A stretch of 64,000 bases of DNA, taken from an uncultured delta proteobacterium. Lineage in GTDB: Bacteria; Desulfobacterota; Binatia; UBA9968. The notes beneath the pieces were generated by a model. That model ran no database searches, was not told where the DNA came from, and saw nothing but the letters and a program-made list of their open reading frames with translations. Of this stretch, positions 19,251 through 29,011 are shown one piece after another. The DNA is taken from the NCBI GenBank assembly GCA_963755715.1, contig CAVWLW010000044.1, positions 30,427 to 94,426 of the forward strand, read 5' to 3'. Positions within the stretch are counted from its first letter, which is position 1. Every line of letters starts with the position of its first letter. Position numbers and translations under genes: made by a program.

Positions 19251-19277
19251 CTGCAAGATACGAAAATGGATGGTTTA

Positions 19278-19351
19278 CCACGAAGGTCACGAAGAACACG
19301 AAGGTAAGAATCTAAAATGAAATTTCTTCGTGGCCTTCGTGCGCTTCGTGG
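19278..19351. repeat. Extended imperfect hairpin built from three tandem CACGAAG(G/A) units and their complements, between convergent genes
   Basis: Arm 1 CCACGAAGGTCACGAAGAACACGAAGG (19278-19304), 21-nt AT-rich loop, arm 2 CTTCGTGGCCTTCGTGCGCTTCGTGG (19326-19351). Three 7-8 bp helices separated by two 2x2 internal loops. A further CACGAAG copy sits at 19372. Confidence 0.5.
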
Positions 19352-19361
19352 TGATTCTTCA

Positions 19362-20348
19362 TCAGGCCGCCGCACGAAGCCGCTCGCGATCATGCGACAA
19401 TTCGAGATGACTCATGTCGGGTCCGATCGGCACGATACCCGTCGGATTGACGTTGCGCTGGCCGTAGTAACCTGATTTGGTTTTTTGCAAATCGAACGTC
19501 TCTCTGATCCCCGGCCACTGGTACAGCTCGCGCAAATAGTTTCGCAAATTCGGATAATCCTGCACACGGCGCAGGTTGCATTTGAAATGGCCGTGATAAA
19601 CCGGATCGAAGCGCAGCAAGGTTGGGAAAGCGCGCCAGTCGGCTTCCGTGATGCGCTCGCCGACTAAATAGCGCCGCTCATTGAGCCACTGTTCCATTTG
19701 ATCCAAGCAAACAAAAACTTTCTTCACTGCTTCGTCGTAGGCTTCCTGGCTGCGCGCAAAACCGGCCCGGTAAACCCCGTTGTTGAAGTGGTTATAAACG
19801 AAATCGTTGATCCGATCGATTTCGCCGCGCAGCTCTTCCGGGTAGAAATCGTAGCTCACATTCGTATGCGCGCCAAAGCCGGAGTTGAACATACGAATGA
19901 TTTCAGATGACTCGTTGTTCACGATCGTGCGCCGCTCGCGGTCCCAGAGCGTCGGTACGGTCACTTTGCCGGTGTAGTTGGCATCCGCGGCCGCGTAAAC
20001 TTGATGCAGACGAAAGACGCCGTCTTTTTCCGGTTGAAAGTCGTCGATCGTCTCGGAATAAGCCCAACCCGCGGTTTTCGGCCTATCGGCCAGCGACATC
20101 GAAACCGCGTTTTCTAGTTTCTTAAGCTTGCGGAAGATGATCGTCCGATGAGCCCAAGGACAATTGTAAGAAACGAAAAGATGGTAACGTCCCGGCTCGG
20201 CTTTGAAACCGCCGCTGCCGGAAGGACCGGCGTTGCCATCAGCCGTAACCCAGCTACGGAACTGCGAGTCGGCACGCACAAATGCGCCGCGCACATCGGC
20301 CGTGATCCGGTCATCGTCCACCCATCTGCCGTTCATCATGTGGCCCAT
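19362..20348 (-). CDS. Xi-class glutathione S-transferase / glutathionyl-hydroquinone reductase (YqjG/ECM4-like)
   Basis: Diagnostic CPWAHRT active-site motif. N-terminus MGHMMNGRW aligns with the YqjG start. AAGGAG RBS 8 nt upstream of this ATG, so the annotated longer N-terminal extension is rejected. Confidence 0.85.
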   Translation of the reverse strand: MGHMMNGRWVDDDRITADVRGAFVRADSQFRSWVTADGNAGPSGSGGFKAEPGRYHLFVSYNCPWAHRTIIFRKLKKLENAVSMSLADRPKTAGWAYSETIDDFQPEKDGVFRLHQVYAAADANYTGKVTVPTLWDRERRTIVNNESSEIIRMFNSGFGAHTNVSYDFYPEELRGEIDRINDFVYNHFNNGVYRAGFARSQEAYDEAVKKVFVCLDQMEQWLNERRYLVGERITEADWRAFPTLLRFDPVYHGHFKCNLRRVQDYPNLRNYLRELYQWPGIRETFDLQKTKSGYYGQRNVNPTGIVPIGPDMSHLELSHDRERLRAAA

Positions 20349-20370
20349 AGGATTTACTCCTTCCCGATGA

Positions 20371-20384
20371 TTGATTCCTATCAA
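20371..20384. promoter_or_regulatory. FNR/CRP-family-like box TTGAT-tcct-ATCAA in the 5' UTR of the GST gene
   Basis: Exact match to the TTGAT-N4-ATCAA consensus. Lies 23-36 nt upstream of the chosen GST start, in the divergent region shared with the 20565 dehydrogenase gene. Confidence 0.3.
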
Positions 20385-20564
20385 AATCATCGCAGACGGA
20401 AAAGCCGGCTCTAACCGCAGAGACGCAGAGCACGCGGAGATAGAAGTCGGAATTGTACCTCTGCGTCCTCCGCGCCTCCGCGGTAAAGAATTCCGACCCG
20501 CGTTGACACCGGAATAGACGTTCTGCGATAAGCTGAGACATCATAGTCGCCAGCAGGAGCTGAA

Positions 20565-21521
20565 ATGGAAACAGTCGGTTTCATCGGTCTTGGCAACATG
20601 GGCGGACCCGTCGCCGGACACATTCAGAGCGCCGGCTTTCCGATGATCGTGTTTGATCTGCGCGAGGAAGCTACGCATCCGTTTGAAGAGCGCGGCGCGA
20701 AGGTTGCCGACAGCGTCTCAGACTTGGCGCGCCGGAGCGACGTGATTCTCACGGCACTGCCGATGCCCGACGATGTGGAGCAAGTCGCCTGCGGCGCCGC
20801 GGGGATCATCGAAGGAATCAGACCCGGCGCCGTCTACATCGACATCTCGACCAGCCCGCCGTCGCTCATTCGCAAGCTGGCACCCCTGTTTCGGGAAAAG
20901 GGCGCGCATGTTCTCGATGCGCCGGTCGCTTCGGGCCAACCCGGCGCCGCACGCGGCATTCATGAGGTGATGGTGGGCGGGGATAAAAACATCTTCGAGC
21001 GCGCCAAGCCGGTGCTCGAAGCGTTCGGCGACCAGGTGCTCTATGCCGGGCCGCTTGGTTCCGGGAGCATCTGCAAGCTCGTCCATCAGATGATCAACAG
21101 CACCCTATCCCAATCGATCGCCGAAGGACTCACCCTGGGCGTGAAAGCCGGGGTCGATACCGTAGCGCTCTGGGAATGCGTCCGGCGCGGTATGGTCGGA
21201 CGGATGCATGTGCTGCACGTGCAAGTGCCGCAGACGGTTTTTCGCAATAATTATGCGACGGACACTTTCCCCCTCAAATTGCTACGCAAGGACGTCGGCT
21301 TGGCGACGGCGCTCGGCCGGGAACTGAACGTGCCCTTGCCACTGGCCAACATCGCGGAACAAAAACTCGTGGCCGCCGTCAACCGTGGTCTGGGCGATCA
21401 GTCAGCGTACACCGTCACCTTTCAACTTCAGGAAGAAGCGGCGCAGGTTAAACTACGCGCCGACGGCATCGACCCGCAGCAGGCGGGAAAATATATTTCA
21501 ACGAACCCGGAAGCGAAGTAA
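20565..21521 (+). CDS. NAD(P)-dependent oxidoreductase, HIBADH-like (second paralog)
   Basis: 318 aa. Rossmann motif VGFIGLGNMGGPVA and a 6PGDH-like C-domain. AGGAG RBS. Confidence 0.85.
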   Translation: METVGFIGLGNMGGPVAGHIQSAGFPMIVFDLREEATHPFEERGAKVADSVSDLARRSDVILTALPMPDDVEQVACGAAGIIEGIRPGAVYIDISTSPPSLIRKLAPLFREKGAHVLDAPVASGQPGAARGIHEVMVGGDKNIFERAKPVLEAFGDQVLYAGPLGSGSICKLVHQMINSTLSQSIAEGLTLGVKAGVDTVALWECVRRGMVGRMHVLHVQVPQTVFRNNYATDTFPLKLLRKDVGLATALGRELNVPLPLANIAEQKLVAAVNRGLGDQSAYTVTFQLQEEAAQVKLRADGIDPQQAGKYISTNPEAK

Positions 21522-21592
21522 ACGTTCGGCACCCATGCGCCCGAACAAACTGTTTAAAAGATCTGAACCGCTTCACAGATACGAGGTGATCT

Positions 21593-22726
21593 ATGGCCAA
21601 CAACGGTTTCAAAGTTTTAGACAGCGACATGCACATCCTCGAGCCTGCCGATCTCTGGCAGCGTTACATCGATAAGAAATTTAAACACCGCGCGCCCATC
21701 GGCACCACCGATCATGTGCGGGACTTGCGCCTTGTCGGTCCAGACGGCCGCGCCTGGGGCCGCCCGGCCGATCCGCCACCTGGAACACTTCCCCCGCCGG
21801 GTCACATTTTTCACAAGAATCAGAAACTCTTTAAAACTCACAACGAGCGTGGCTGGTCGTCACAAGTTCAGCTCGACGCCATGGAAGAAGAAGGAATAGA
21901 TCTCGCTATTCTCTACCCGAGCCGCGGGCTGAACGTTCTGAGCATCCCGCAATTGGATCGCGAATTCGCCGCCGCGCTGGCGCGTGCCTACAATGACTGG
22001 CTTTACGAATTCTGCCAGGCCGACCCGAGCAAGCTTGTCGGCGCCGGTATGATTTCGCCCTTCAACATCGAGGACGCGATCGCCGAGACGCGCCGTTGCG
22101 TCGAGCAATTAGGTTTTCGCGCGATTTTTCTCCGCGCCAATATCGTCAATGGGCACAACTGGCACGAGCCCTATTACGAGCCGCTTTGGTCCGCACTCGA
22201 AGATCTCGGCGTGCCGCTCGGCTTTCATGAGGCGAACAACTCGGCGGCGCGCCAGGTCGGCGAACAGTTCGGTTATGATTTCATGCTGCGGCATACTTTT
22301 TCCCATCCCGTGGAACAGATGCTTGCCGTCGGTAGCTTCTGCGGCGGCGGGATTTTAGACCGCCATCCAAAACTACGCGTAGCATTTCTCGAAGGCAACT
22401 GCGGTTGGCTGCCCTTTCTCATGTGGCGTCTCGATGAACACTGGGAATTGTACGGCGATCAGTGGGCGCCACAGCTTCAAAATCCCCCGAGCTTTTACTT
22501 CAAGCGGCAGTGTTACGCGTCGGTCGAATGCGACGAGGAGCCAGCGAAGTACGCGATTGATTACCTCGGCAACGAGCGCTTGGTTTTTTCCACCGACTTT
22601 CCGCATGTCGATACCAAATATCCGAAGGCCGTCGAGCGCTTTCTCCAACTGCCGCTCACTGATGAAGACAAGCGAAAAATTCTCTGGGATAACTGCGCGG
22701 CTTATTACGGCGTCGTTGGAATGTAA
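21593..22726 (+). CDS. Amidohydrolase-2 family protein
   Basis: 377 aa. LDSDMHILEP start, HEANN and FSTDFPHVD motifs. Confidence 0.8.
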   Translation: MANNGFKVLDSDMHILEPADLWQRYIDKKFKHRAPIGTTDHVRDLRLVGPDGRAWGRPADPPPGTLPPPGHIFHKNQKLFKTHNERGWSSQVQLDAMEEEGIDLAILYPSRGLNVLSIPQLDREFAAALARAYNDWLYEFCQADPSKLVGAGMISPFNIEDAIAETRRCVEQLGFRAIFLRANIVNGHNWHEPYYEPLWSALEDLGVPLGFHEANNSAARQVGEQFGYDFMLRHTFSHPVEQMLAVGSFCGGGILDRHPKLRVAFLEGNCGWLPFLMWRLDEHWELYGDQWAPQLQNPPSFYFKRQCYASVECDEEPAKYAIDYLGNERLVFSTDFPHVDTKYPKAVERFLQLPLTDEDKRKILWDNCAAYYGVVGM

Positions 22727-22746
22727 TTGGAACGCGAGAATGGGTC

Positions 22747-23695
22747 ATGGCTAGAAACATTTTGGTGGCGCTTTGGCTTTTCGCCGAGATGTTATTGCCT
22801 CGGTCGTCCTCGGCGGCCGACGCGCAACAAAAAGTTCGGATCGGATATCCGTCGTCAGCCGTTTCGACCCTTCCCTTCGACATCGCCAAAGAGAAAGGCT
22901 TTTACACCAAAGCAGGTCTGGAGGTCGAATACATCCAGATGCGCAGCGCCATCGGCCCGCAAGCGATCTTGAACGGAAATATTAACTTCTTCACTTCGCC
23001 GCAAGCCGCGATCAACGCTGCGGTCGCCGGCTTGCCTCTCGTGGTCGTGCTGTCACTTTACCGCGACACGCCTGTGGGTGTTGGTGACAAGTAAAGACAT
23101 TGCCAAACCCCAGGATCTCGCAGGCAAAAAGATCGCGATCTCCGACATCCGATCGTCGCCCTACTATTTCGCGCGCGCCGGATTGAAGAAACTCGCATTA
23201 GACGAGAAGCAGGTCAGCCTTGTCACCACCGGCGGGACTTCGAACAGTTTCGCGACGCTCGCAACCAATCAGGTAGCTGGGGCGGTCTTGAGCCCGCCGT
23301 TTGACGACAAGGCGGTTTCCTCCGGCTATAAGAAATTTCTTTTTCTCGGCGACCTCGCGGATATTCCCTACGTCGGACTGTTTACGTCCCAATCTGAGAT
23401 TCGCAATAGCCGCGACCGGATTAGAAAAACTATATCGGCGGTGCTGGACGCGGTCGCATGGCAGCGCGCCAACCGCGCTGAAACTATCAAGATAATTGCC
23501 GCGCGCTTCAAAATCAGCGCAAACGAGGCGGAACATTCCTACGAGACTATCATCGGCATTCTTTCGCCCGACGGCGCCATGGATTTGAAAAAAGTGCGCG
23601 GCTACTTGACGCTGCTCCGAGAAGAACGGCCCCTACCGGAAAGTTTGGATGCCGAGAAATTGGTCGATTTCTCGATGTTGCCATCGGCGCGCTAG
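22747..23695 (+). pseudogene. NMT1/SsuA-like ABC substrate-binding protein, split by a frameshift near 23070-23090
   Basis: The 115-aa N-terminal ORF (signal peptide, KVRIGYPSSAVSTLPFDIAKEKGFY) stops at ...TPVGVGDK*. The overlapping 205-aa ORF continues VLVTSKDIAKPQDLAGKKIAISD... One indel restores a single roughly 315-aa SBP. Confidence 0.6.
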
Positions 23696-23761
23696 TTTGC
23701 TTTTATAAAACTATGGGATTCGTGACAAAACCAACCTGCCAGCGCACTTTGTTTTTGGGTC

Positions 23762-24223
23762 ATGATTGTCGCGGCGGCAAACGTCTTTGCGGCTGCGGAC
23801 CCAGTGGAAGAAATCTTAAAGGAACAAACCAAAGCACGGCAGGAGCAAAAGGCAAAAGAGCAACAACGCCAAGAACAAATCGAAAATTTGAAGCGCGACC
23901 GGGAAATCAATCAGGCGCAGCAGCAATTGGATCAGCTCAAGCAATCAAAGCCGGAGGCTTCTCAGCCGCAGCAACCCGACGCCGCGCAGGCGCAACGGCA
24001 ATTGGATCAGCTGAAAAACGATCAGCAGCTGCAGCGTTTGCAAACCGATCAGCAGATCAATCGAATCCAGCGCGAGCCCGACCCTTTGCGCCAGCAACAG
24101 CAGATCGACAATTTGCAGCGCCAGCAGCGGATCGACTCTCTCCAGGATCAAATTCGCCGCAACCAAACTCAGCAAGATTTGGATCGCCTGCGGCAGCAGC
24201 AGAATACGAGGCCGACAAGGTAG
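23762..24223 (+). CDS. Hypothetical Gln-rich repeat protein (repeated QQLDQLK / QRQLDQLK / DLDRLRQQQ units)
   Basis: 153 aa. Short hydrophobic N-terminus MIVAAANVFAAA, then a low-complexity Q/R/D/L region with heptad-like periodicity. Matching direct repeats are visible in the DNA. Frame choice is uncertain because alternative frames are also open. Confidence 0.35.
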   Translation: MIVAAANVFAAADPVEEILKEQTKARQEQKAKEQQRQEQIENLKRDREINQAQQQLDQLKQSKPEASQPQQPDAAQAQRQLDQLKNDQQLQRLQTDQQINRIQREPDPLRQQQQIDNLQRQQRIDSLQDQIRRNQTQQDLDRLRQQQNTRPTR

Positions 24224-24275
24224 AAAGCGGGTTCAAACCTGCCTACGAGTATTTGTCGATTTCGCCATCGACTGA

Positions 24276-25347
24276 TTAGCTTAATTTTTCTTTCAGCCAT
24301 TGAACGATCACCGCCTGAGCATCGCCGCCGCCCATGTGACCGCCGGGATAAAAACGCGCGGCTTTCGGGGTGCCGTGTTCGAGCAAGAGATACATATCGG
24401 CGATCGGAAAGACGCTATCGTTGACGCCGTTGACGCAGAGTAGCGGCGCGCAGGGTTTGTCGAGAATTCCCTGATCGATCAGCGAAAGCTTCGGCGCGTA
24501 TTCGACCCATTCTTGCGCCGTGGAACGGCCGAAGGCGCAGGCCAAAGTCTCGGCTAATTCGAACGGATACTCACCGCGCTGCGCGTTGACAATCCAATCT
24601 TTTTGAAACGCAAAATGAGCCGGACCGCCTTGGTTCACCGCCGCGCGCAATCGTGCCGCATGCGTGTGCGCGACTTTCGTCGCCCAATAACCACCCGTGC
24701 TGCCGCCATGAACGCCGACGCGATCCGAATCGAGATCCGAACGACTCGCGATGAAGTCGAAGACTGCGTCCCATAGTCGTTCGCCGTTCTCCGACCCGGC
24801 GAGGGGCGCGTCGGCCACGCCGGGCATGTCGATCGCGAGCGGCGCCAGGCCAGCCTTCAAATATGGCTCGCTGGCGCGCTCTTCTTTGAAGGCATCGATG
24901 CCGCCCCAGACAACCACAACCGGAGGCTTGGCGACTCCTTGGGTTTTCGCAGGAGACCGACGGCATCTTGCCTTCTCCCGCGCGTCCGGCAAACGGCATC
25001 TCTACGCGCTCCAACGGTGGATCGAAATAGCGCGCGGCTTTAAGAAAATATTCCTGAGACTTTCGGTACGCGGCCAGTTTGCCGGGTGAATTCGGCGCCG
25101 GATAACGCGCCACGTGCTGACAGTCATAGGCAATCAAATACTCCCTACGGGCTGTATCGCTATCGCCCTTCGCTTCTGCCTGTGCGGCCCGCTCTTCGTG
25201 CGGCGCTGCCAACGCGCCGAACGCATTGGCCCATTCCTCCCGATCGACGGAACGCAGCCCGGTGATCACCGGCAGGACCTCTTGGAAAATTGTGTAGAGA
25301 AACGGATTGCGATTTTCTTGTGCGCGTTCGAACAGCTCGCGTTTCAC
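24276..25347 (-). pseudogene. Alpha/beta hydrolase (dienelactone hydrolase / FrsA-like esterase), frameshifted near 24930-24970
   Basis: N-terminal about 127 aa in one frame (GTG start ...RYFDPPLERVEMPFAGRAGEGK). The remainder is in the 238-aa ORF (PVVVVWGGIDAFKEE...GVHGGSTGGYWA...PGGHMGGGD) with a nucleophile-elbow-like GGSTGG. Confidence 0.55.
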
Positions 25348-25613
25348 TTCGTCGATCGGACGCGCTTCAAAGGCGCTCTCGCGTGTTTGTCATTATCGTT
25401 TCTCCAGCAGTCAAATTCAGACGAACCGAAGGTAATCAAAGCCGAACGATCAAGTCAACGAATAATTCGCATTGGTGAACTGCCGGACGATTGACAGGAA
25501 CTCGCTTTCTATAGCACTAATGCTTTAGATGGCGTTCGAGCAAAACAATCAAGCAACCACTGGCGCGCCAAAACCCAGGGGTCGCCGGCGTCGAGACGCT
25601 GCCGCCCTTTGCC

Positions 25614-26393
25614 GTGTCGTCGGCGCGCGACTTGACCGGCCGCCTCTTACCGCCGCTGCTTGCCGTCGCGAGCGTGATTCTCATCTGGTGGACGCTCTAT
25701 CTGATCTATCCGCGACTGTTGCCGAGTCCGCTGAGCACCGTTAGGGAAGCGATCCGGTTGGTTTCCGACGGCACTTTCTTTTTCCATATGTATCAAAGCT
25801 TGCGGCGCGTATTCGTCGGCGCCGTGATCGCGATGTTCTTTAGCGTCGGCGTCGGTATCTATATGGGCACGGTCGTCATGGGCGAGCGCTTTTTCCAGCC
25901 CTTGGTCGTGCTCGGTCTCACCATCCCCGGCTTGATGTGGGCGCTCATCGCCGTCATGCTCTTCGGCATCAATGAGTTTTCGCCCTACTTCGCGGTGACG
26001 GTCACGATCTTTCCCATGCTGGTCATCAATATTTGGGCGGGAGTAAAATCCCTCGATAAAGAGCTCATGGACATGAGCCACGTCTTTCATTTTACCAAGT
26101 GGATGAAAATCTCTCAGGTGATCCTGCCGCAACTGGTGCCGAATATTTTTGCCGCGACTCGGTACGGCTTGGGTCTCGCGTGGAAGGTCGTCGTGGTCGT
26201 CGAGATGTTCGGTACCAGCAACGGCGTTGGCTATCAGGTCATGAAAGCTTATCAAGTCTTCAACATGGAAGGTGTCATCGCCTGGACGCTTACATTCGTC
26301 GTGGCTATGATCGTGATCGAATACGGCATCATCAATTTGGCCGAACGGCGCCTTACCGCATGGCGTCCCAAGATCGACGTCTGGAGACGCTAG
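25614..26393 (+). CDS. ABC transporter permease (NitT/TauT family)
   Basis: 259 aa multi-TM. Apparent GTG start. First gene of a plus-strand permease-ATPase-SBP operon. Confidence 0.8.
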   Translation: MSSARDLTGRLLPPLLAVASVILIWWTLYLIYPRLLPSPLSTVREAIRLVSDGTFFFHMYQSLRRVFVGAVIAMFFSVGVGIYMGTVVMGERFFQPLVVLGLTIPGLMWALIAVMLFGINEFSPYFAVTVTIFPMLVINIWAGVKSLDKELMDMSHVFHFTKWMKISQVILPQLVPNIFAATRYGLGLAWKVVVVVEMFGTSNGVGYQVMKAYQVFNMEGVIAWTLTFVVAMIVIEYGIINLAERRLTAWRPKIDVWRR

Positions 26394-27155
26394 ATGGCGG
26401 AGCTATTAGTCAAAGACGCGGAGAAATGGTTTCGCCGCGAGGATGGCGAGCCGTTCAAAGTGATCGACCGGCTATCATTCGAGGCCCGCGAAGGTTGTGT
26501 CACGGTTCTAATCGGGCCGTCGGGATGCGGCAAATCGACGTTGCTCAATTCCGTCGTCGGCTTGGAAACGCTCGACCGCGGCGAGCTGCTTTTCACCGTC
26601 GAGGGGCAAACTCGAGAACGCCCGCTCATCGGTTATGTCTTTCAAAGCCCGCGCTTGCTGCCGTGGAAAACCATTGGTGAAAACATTAGTCTCGCGTTAA
26701 AAGGCGCGGGTATTGGCCGAACTGAATGGGACTCTCGCGTGGCGCATTACTTGAAGCTCGTGGGGCTCGAGGAATATGTGAATCAATTTCCGTTATATCT
26801 TTCTGGTGGTCAGCGCCAGCGTGTCGGCTTGGCGCGCGCCTTGGCGGTCGAGTCGGACATTGTGCTGATGGACGAGCCTTTCGCGAGCGTAGACGAGCTG
26901 ACCGCGCGCCAGTTGCGTCAGACGACGCGGCGCCTATGCGAGCAACTACACCGCACAGTGCTTTTCGTTACCCATAACCTGGCCGAAGCGGCCTACATGA
27001 GCGATTACGTCGTCACGTTGACCAACCGCCCGGCACGTCTCGATGCCTACGTAACCAGTCCGCTACACTCACCGCGCCACTGGGGACCGGAGATTTATAA
27101 TTTTGCCGCCGAGCTGGAAACCAAAGTGACTCTGAAGGAGGATGAAGGATCATGA
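26394..27155 (+). CDS. ABC transporter ATP-binding protein
   Basis: Walker A GPSGCGKST, signature LSGGQRQRVGLARA, Walker B VLMDEPFASVD. Confidence 0.85.
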   Translation: MAELLVKDAEKWFRREDGEPFKVIDRLSFEAREGCVTVLIGPSGCGKSTLLNSVVGLETLDRGELLFTVEGQTRERPLIGYVFQSPRLLPWKTIGENISLALKGAGIGRTEWDSRVAHYLKLVGLEEYVNQFPLYLSGGQRQRVGLARALAVESDIVLMDEPFASVDELTARQLRQTTRRLCEQLHRTVLFVTHNLAEAAYMSDYVVTLTNRPARLDAYVTSPLHSPRHWGPEIYNFAAELETKVTLKEDEGS

Positions 27156-28123
27156 AAACGAGACGGGATTATTTGCGTTTGCTGATTTTTCTAGTGACGT
27201 CATGTCTCGCCGATCCGGCGTTAGCCGGGCAAGCTATGCAGACGATCAACATCGCCACCAGCGCCGCCGGCCAGTCCGGTTACATCGCCGCCCTGATTGA
27301 AAACAAAAAGCTCGACGTCAAATACGGCATTAAGATCAATAACATGATGATGGACTTCACCGAAGCGGCAAACGCGGTGAAGCTCGGCCGAACTACGGCG
27401 AGTTCCATGCAACCGAGCACCGCGGTGAACCTGGTAAAAAGCGGCACGGACATTCGTCTGATCACGCCACAGATTTGGTCCGGCAACTCCTGGGTCGTGC
27501 GCAAGGATGCGCCGTACAAATCTTTCGGCGACCTCAAAGGCAAAAAGATCGGCAACTTCGCGCGTGTTACCGGGGCCTATTTTTTCTCCGCGGTCATCGC
27601 TAAGGAGCAGAAGCTCGACATCGAGAAAGATTTTCAAAACGTGCCGGCTGAAACGGGCGCGCTGATCGCTCTTTTAGAACGGGGCGAGGTCGAGGCGATC
27701 AATATGTTCGAGCCGCACACCACGAGATTGGTGATGTCCGGCAAGTATCGGGTGCTCGCCGATTTCGACATCGAGCTCGAGAATATCTTTGGCGCGCCGC
27801 CGCTCAAATCGACCGTGGGTATGCTCAAGGAGACGGTGGAAAAACAGCCCGCGCTGGTCAAGGCCATTCGCAGCGCCTATGGGGATGCGATTCAGGTGAT
27901 TAAAGCGGGGCAGGACGAAGAGTTTTTCAAGTCGAAAGCGAAAGAGCTATTCAATTTGAGCACGCCGGAAGAGATCGCTGCAGGGCTGAAACAGAACAAA
28001 GCCAATTTTGCCGATAAGTGGGGCGAGAGCTTCTTTCAGTCACAGAACAAAATTTTGCAATCGGGCATTTCCTTGGGCTTGCTGCCGAATATCGGCGATC
28101 TGAATAATCTCTGGATCAAGTAG
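27152..28123 (+). CDS. ABC transporter substrate-binding protein (NMT1/SsuA-like)
   Basis: 323 aa with signal peptide (LLIFLVTSCLADPALA). ATGA overlap with the ATPase gene. Confidence 0.7.
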   Translation: MKTRRDYLRLLIFLVTSCLADPALAGQAMQTINIATSAAGQSGYIAALIENKKLDVKYGIKINNMMMDFTEAANAVKLGRTTASSMQPSTAVNLVKSGTDIRLITPQIWSGNSWVVRKDAPYKSFGDLKGKKIGNFARVTGAYFFSAVIAKEQKLDIEKDFQNVPAETGALIALLERGEVEAINMFEPHTTRLVMSGKYRVLADFDIELENIFGAPPLKSTVGMLKETVEKQPALVKAIRSAYGDAIQVIKAGQDEEFFKSKAKELFNLSTPEEIAAGLKQNKANFADKWGESFFQSQNKILQSGISLGLLPNIGDLNNLWIK

Positions 28124-28159
28124 CGCGGGTTGGCTTTTAATGGAGATCTCTGATGGGAC

Positions 28160-29011
28160 CTATCTGTTTGCCAAGATCTGCTTGCGCACCCATGCCGCCA
28201 CGTCGCCCCGGCGCGCCAGCCAAACGTCCTTATGACTCGTCGCATAAGCGACGATCTGCTCGAATGTATCGATCAAAGGAATGCGCGAGCTCAGGTAAGC
28301 GTGGGAGATCACGTTCATCATCGTCGGGTTCGCGTCGCCGATCTTGTAGCGGTAGTCGAATTCGTCCTTGAATTTTTCAAAGAATTCGTGGCGCGTCCCC
28401 TCTTCCTGGGTTCGATGATCGTTGATCGTATACTGGTGTGGAAACTCGACTAACAATTTATCTCCCACCCAGATTGGATACGGCATCTCGTCGTCGTGAA
28501 AATCGCAGTGGTACTCCAAGCCGGTTTCCACCAGGAGCTCTACCGTGTTGTCCGTCGGGCGCACACCGGGCGATGACCAACCGGTGGGACGTTCGCCGGT
28601 GACTTTCACGATCGCATCGATAGTCTTTAGAATATTCTCGCGTTCCTGTTCGCGCGTTAGCATATAGAGGCGTTCGCCCATTTCCCAGCCATGAGCAACC
28701 AATTCATGTCCGCGCGCGTGGCAGTCCTTGACCAGGTCCGGGTAGTAAACACAGGTAAGACCGTTCAATGGAATACTGACTTTGAGATTGTACCTGTCGC
28801 AGATATCGAGGAGACGCTTCATGCCTATCTTCGGGCCAAAGTCTCGAAAAGTTTCCGTGGACCAGTCCCATTTGTAGAGCGCGTCTTTGGGGAGCGGCGA
28901 TTGCAGGGCGGCTCCCTGGGTCGGCTTCGTCCGATCCCAGGCTTCGAGTGCGATGCCAAGCACAAACGCAACGCGAGCATTATTCGGCCATTTTATCGGA
29001 TGTTCAGCCAT
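28160..29011 (-). CDS. Polysaccharide deacetylase family protein (NodB homology, PuuE allantoinase-like)
   Basis: 283 aa. NodB-type motifs (VAFVLGIALEAWD, HGWEMGER, ...HAYLSSRIP). Confidence 0.8.
   Translation of the reverse strand: MAEHPIKWPNNARVAFVLGIALEAWDRTKPTQGAALQSPLPKDALYKWDWSTETFRDFGPKIGMKRLLDICDRYNLKVSIPLNGLTCVYYPDLVKDCHARGHELVAHGWEMGERLYMLTREQERENILKTIDAIVKVTGERPTGWSSPGVRPTDNTVELLVETGLEYHCDFHDDEMPYPIWVGDKLLVEFPHQYTINDHRTQEEGTRHEFFEKFKDEFDYRYKIGDANPTMMNVISHAYLSSRIPLIDTFEQIVAYATSHKDVWLARRGDVAAWVRKQILANR

Noticed and set aside
19362-20390. Longer GST start at 20390 (MILIGINHREG...)
   Set aside because: The extension would translate the FNR-like palindrome and has no RBS. AAGGAG precedes the internal MGHMMNGRW start, which aligns with the YqjG N-terminus.
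23713-24279. Alternative 188-aa Ala-rich frame over the Gln-rich repeat region
   Set aside because: Third codon positions are mostly A, which is atypical here. The Gln-rich frame has heptad periodicity and a hydrophobic N-terminus. Uncertainty remains.
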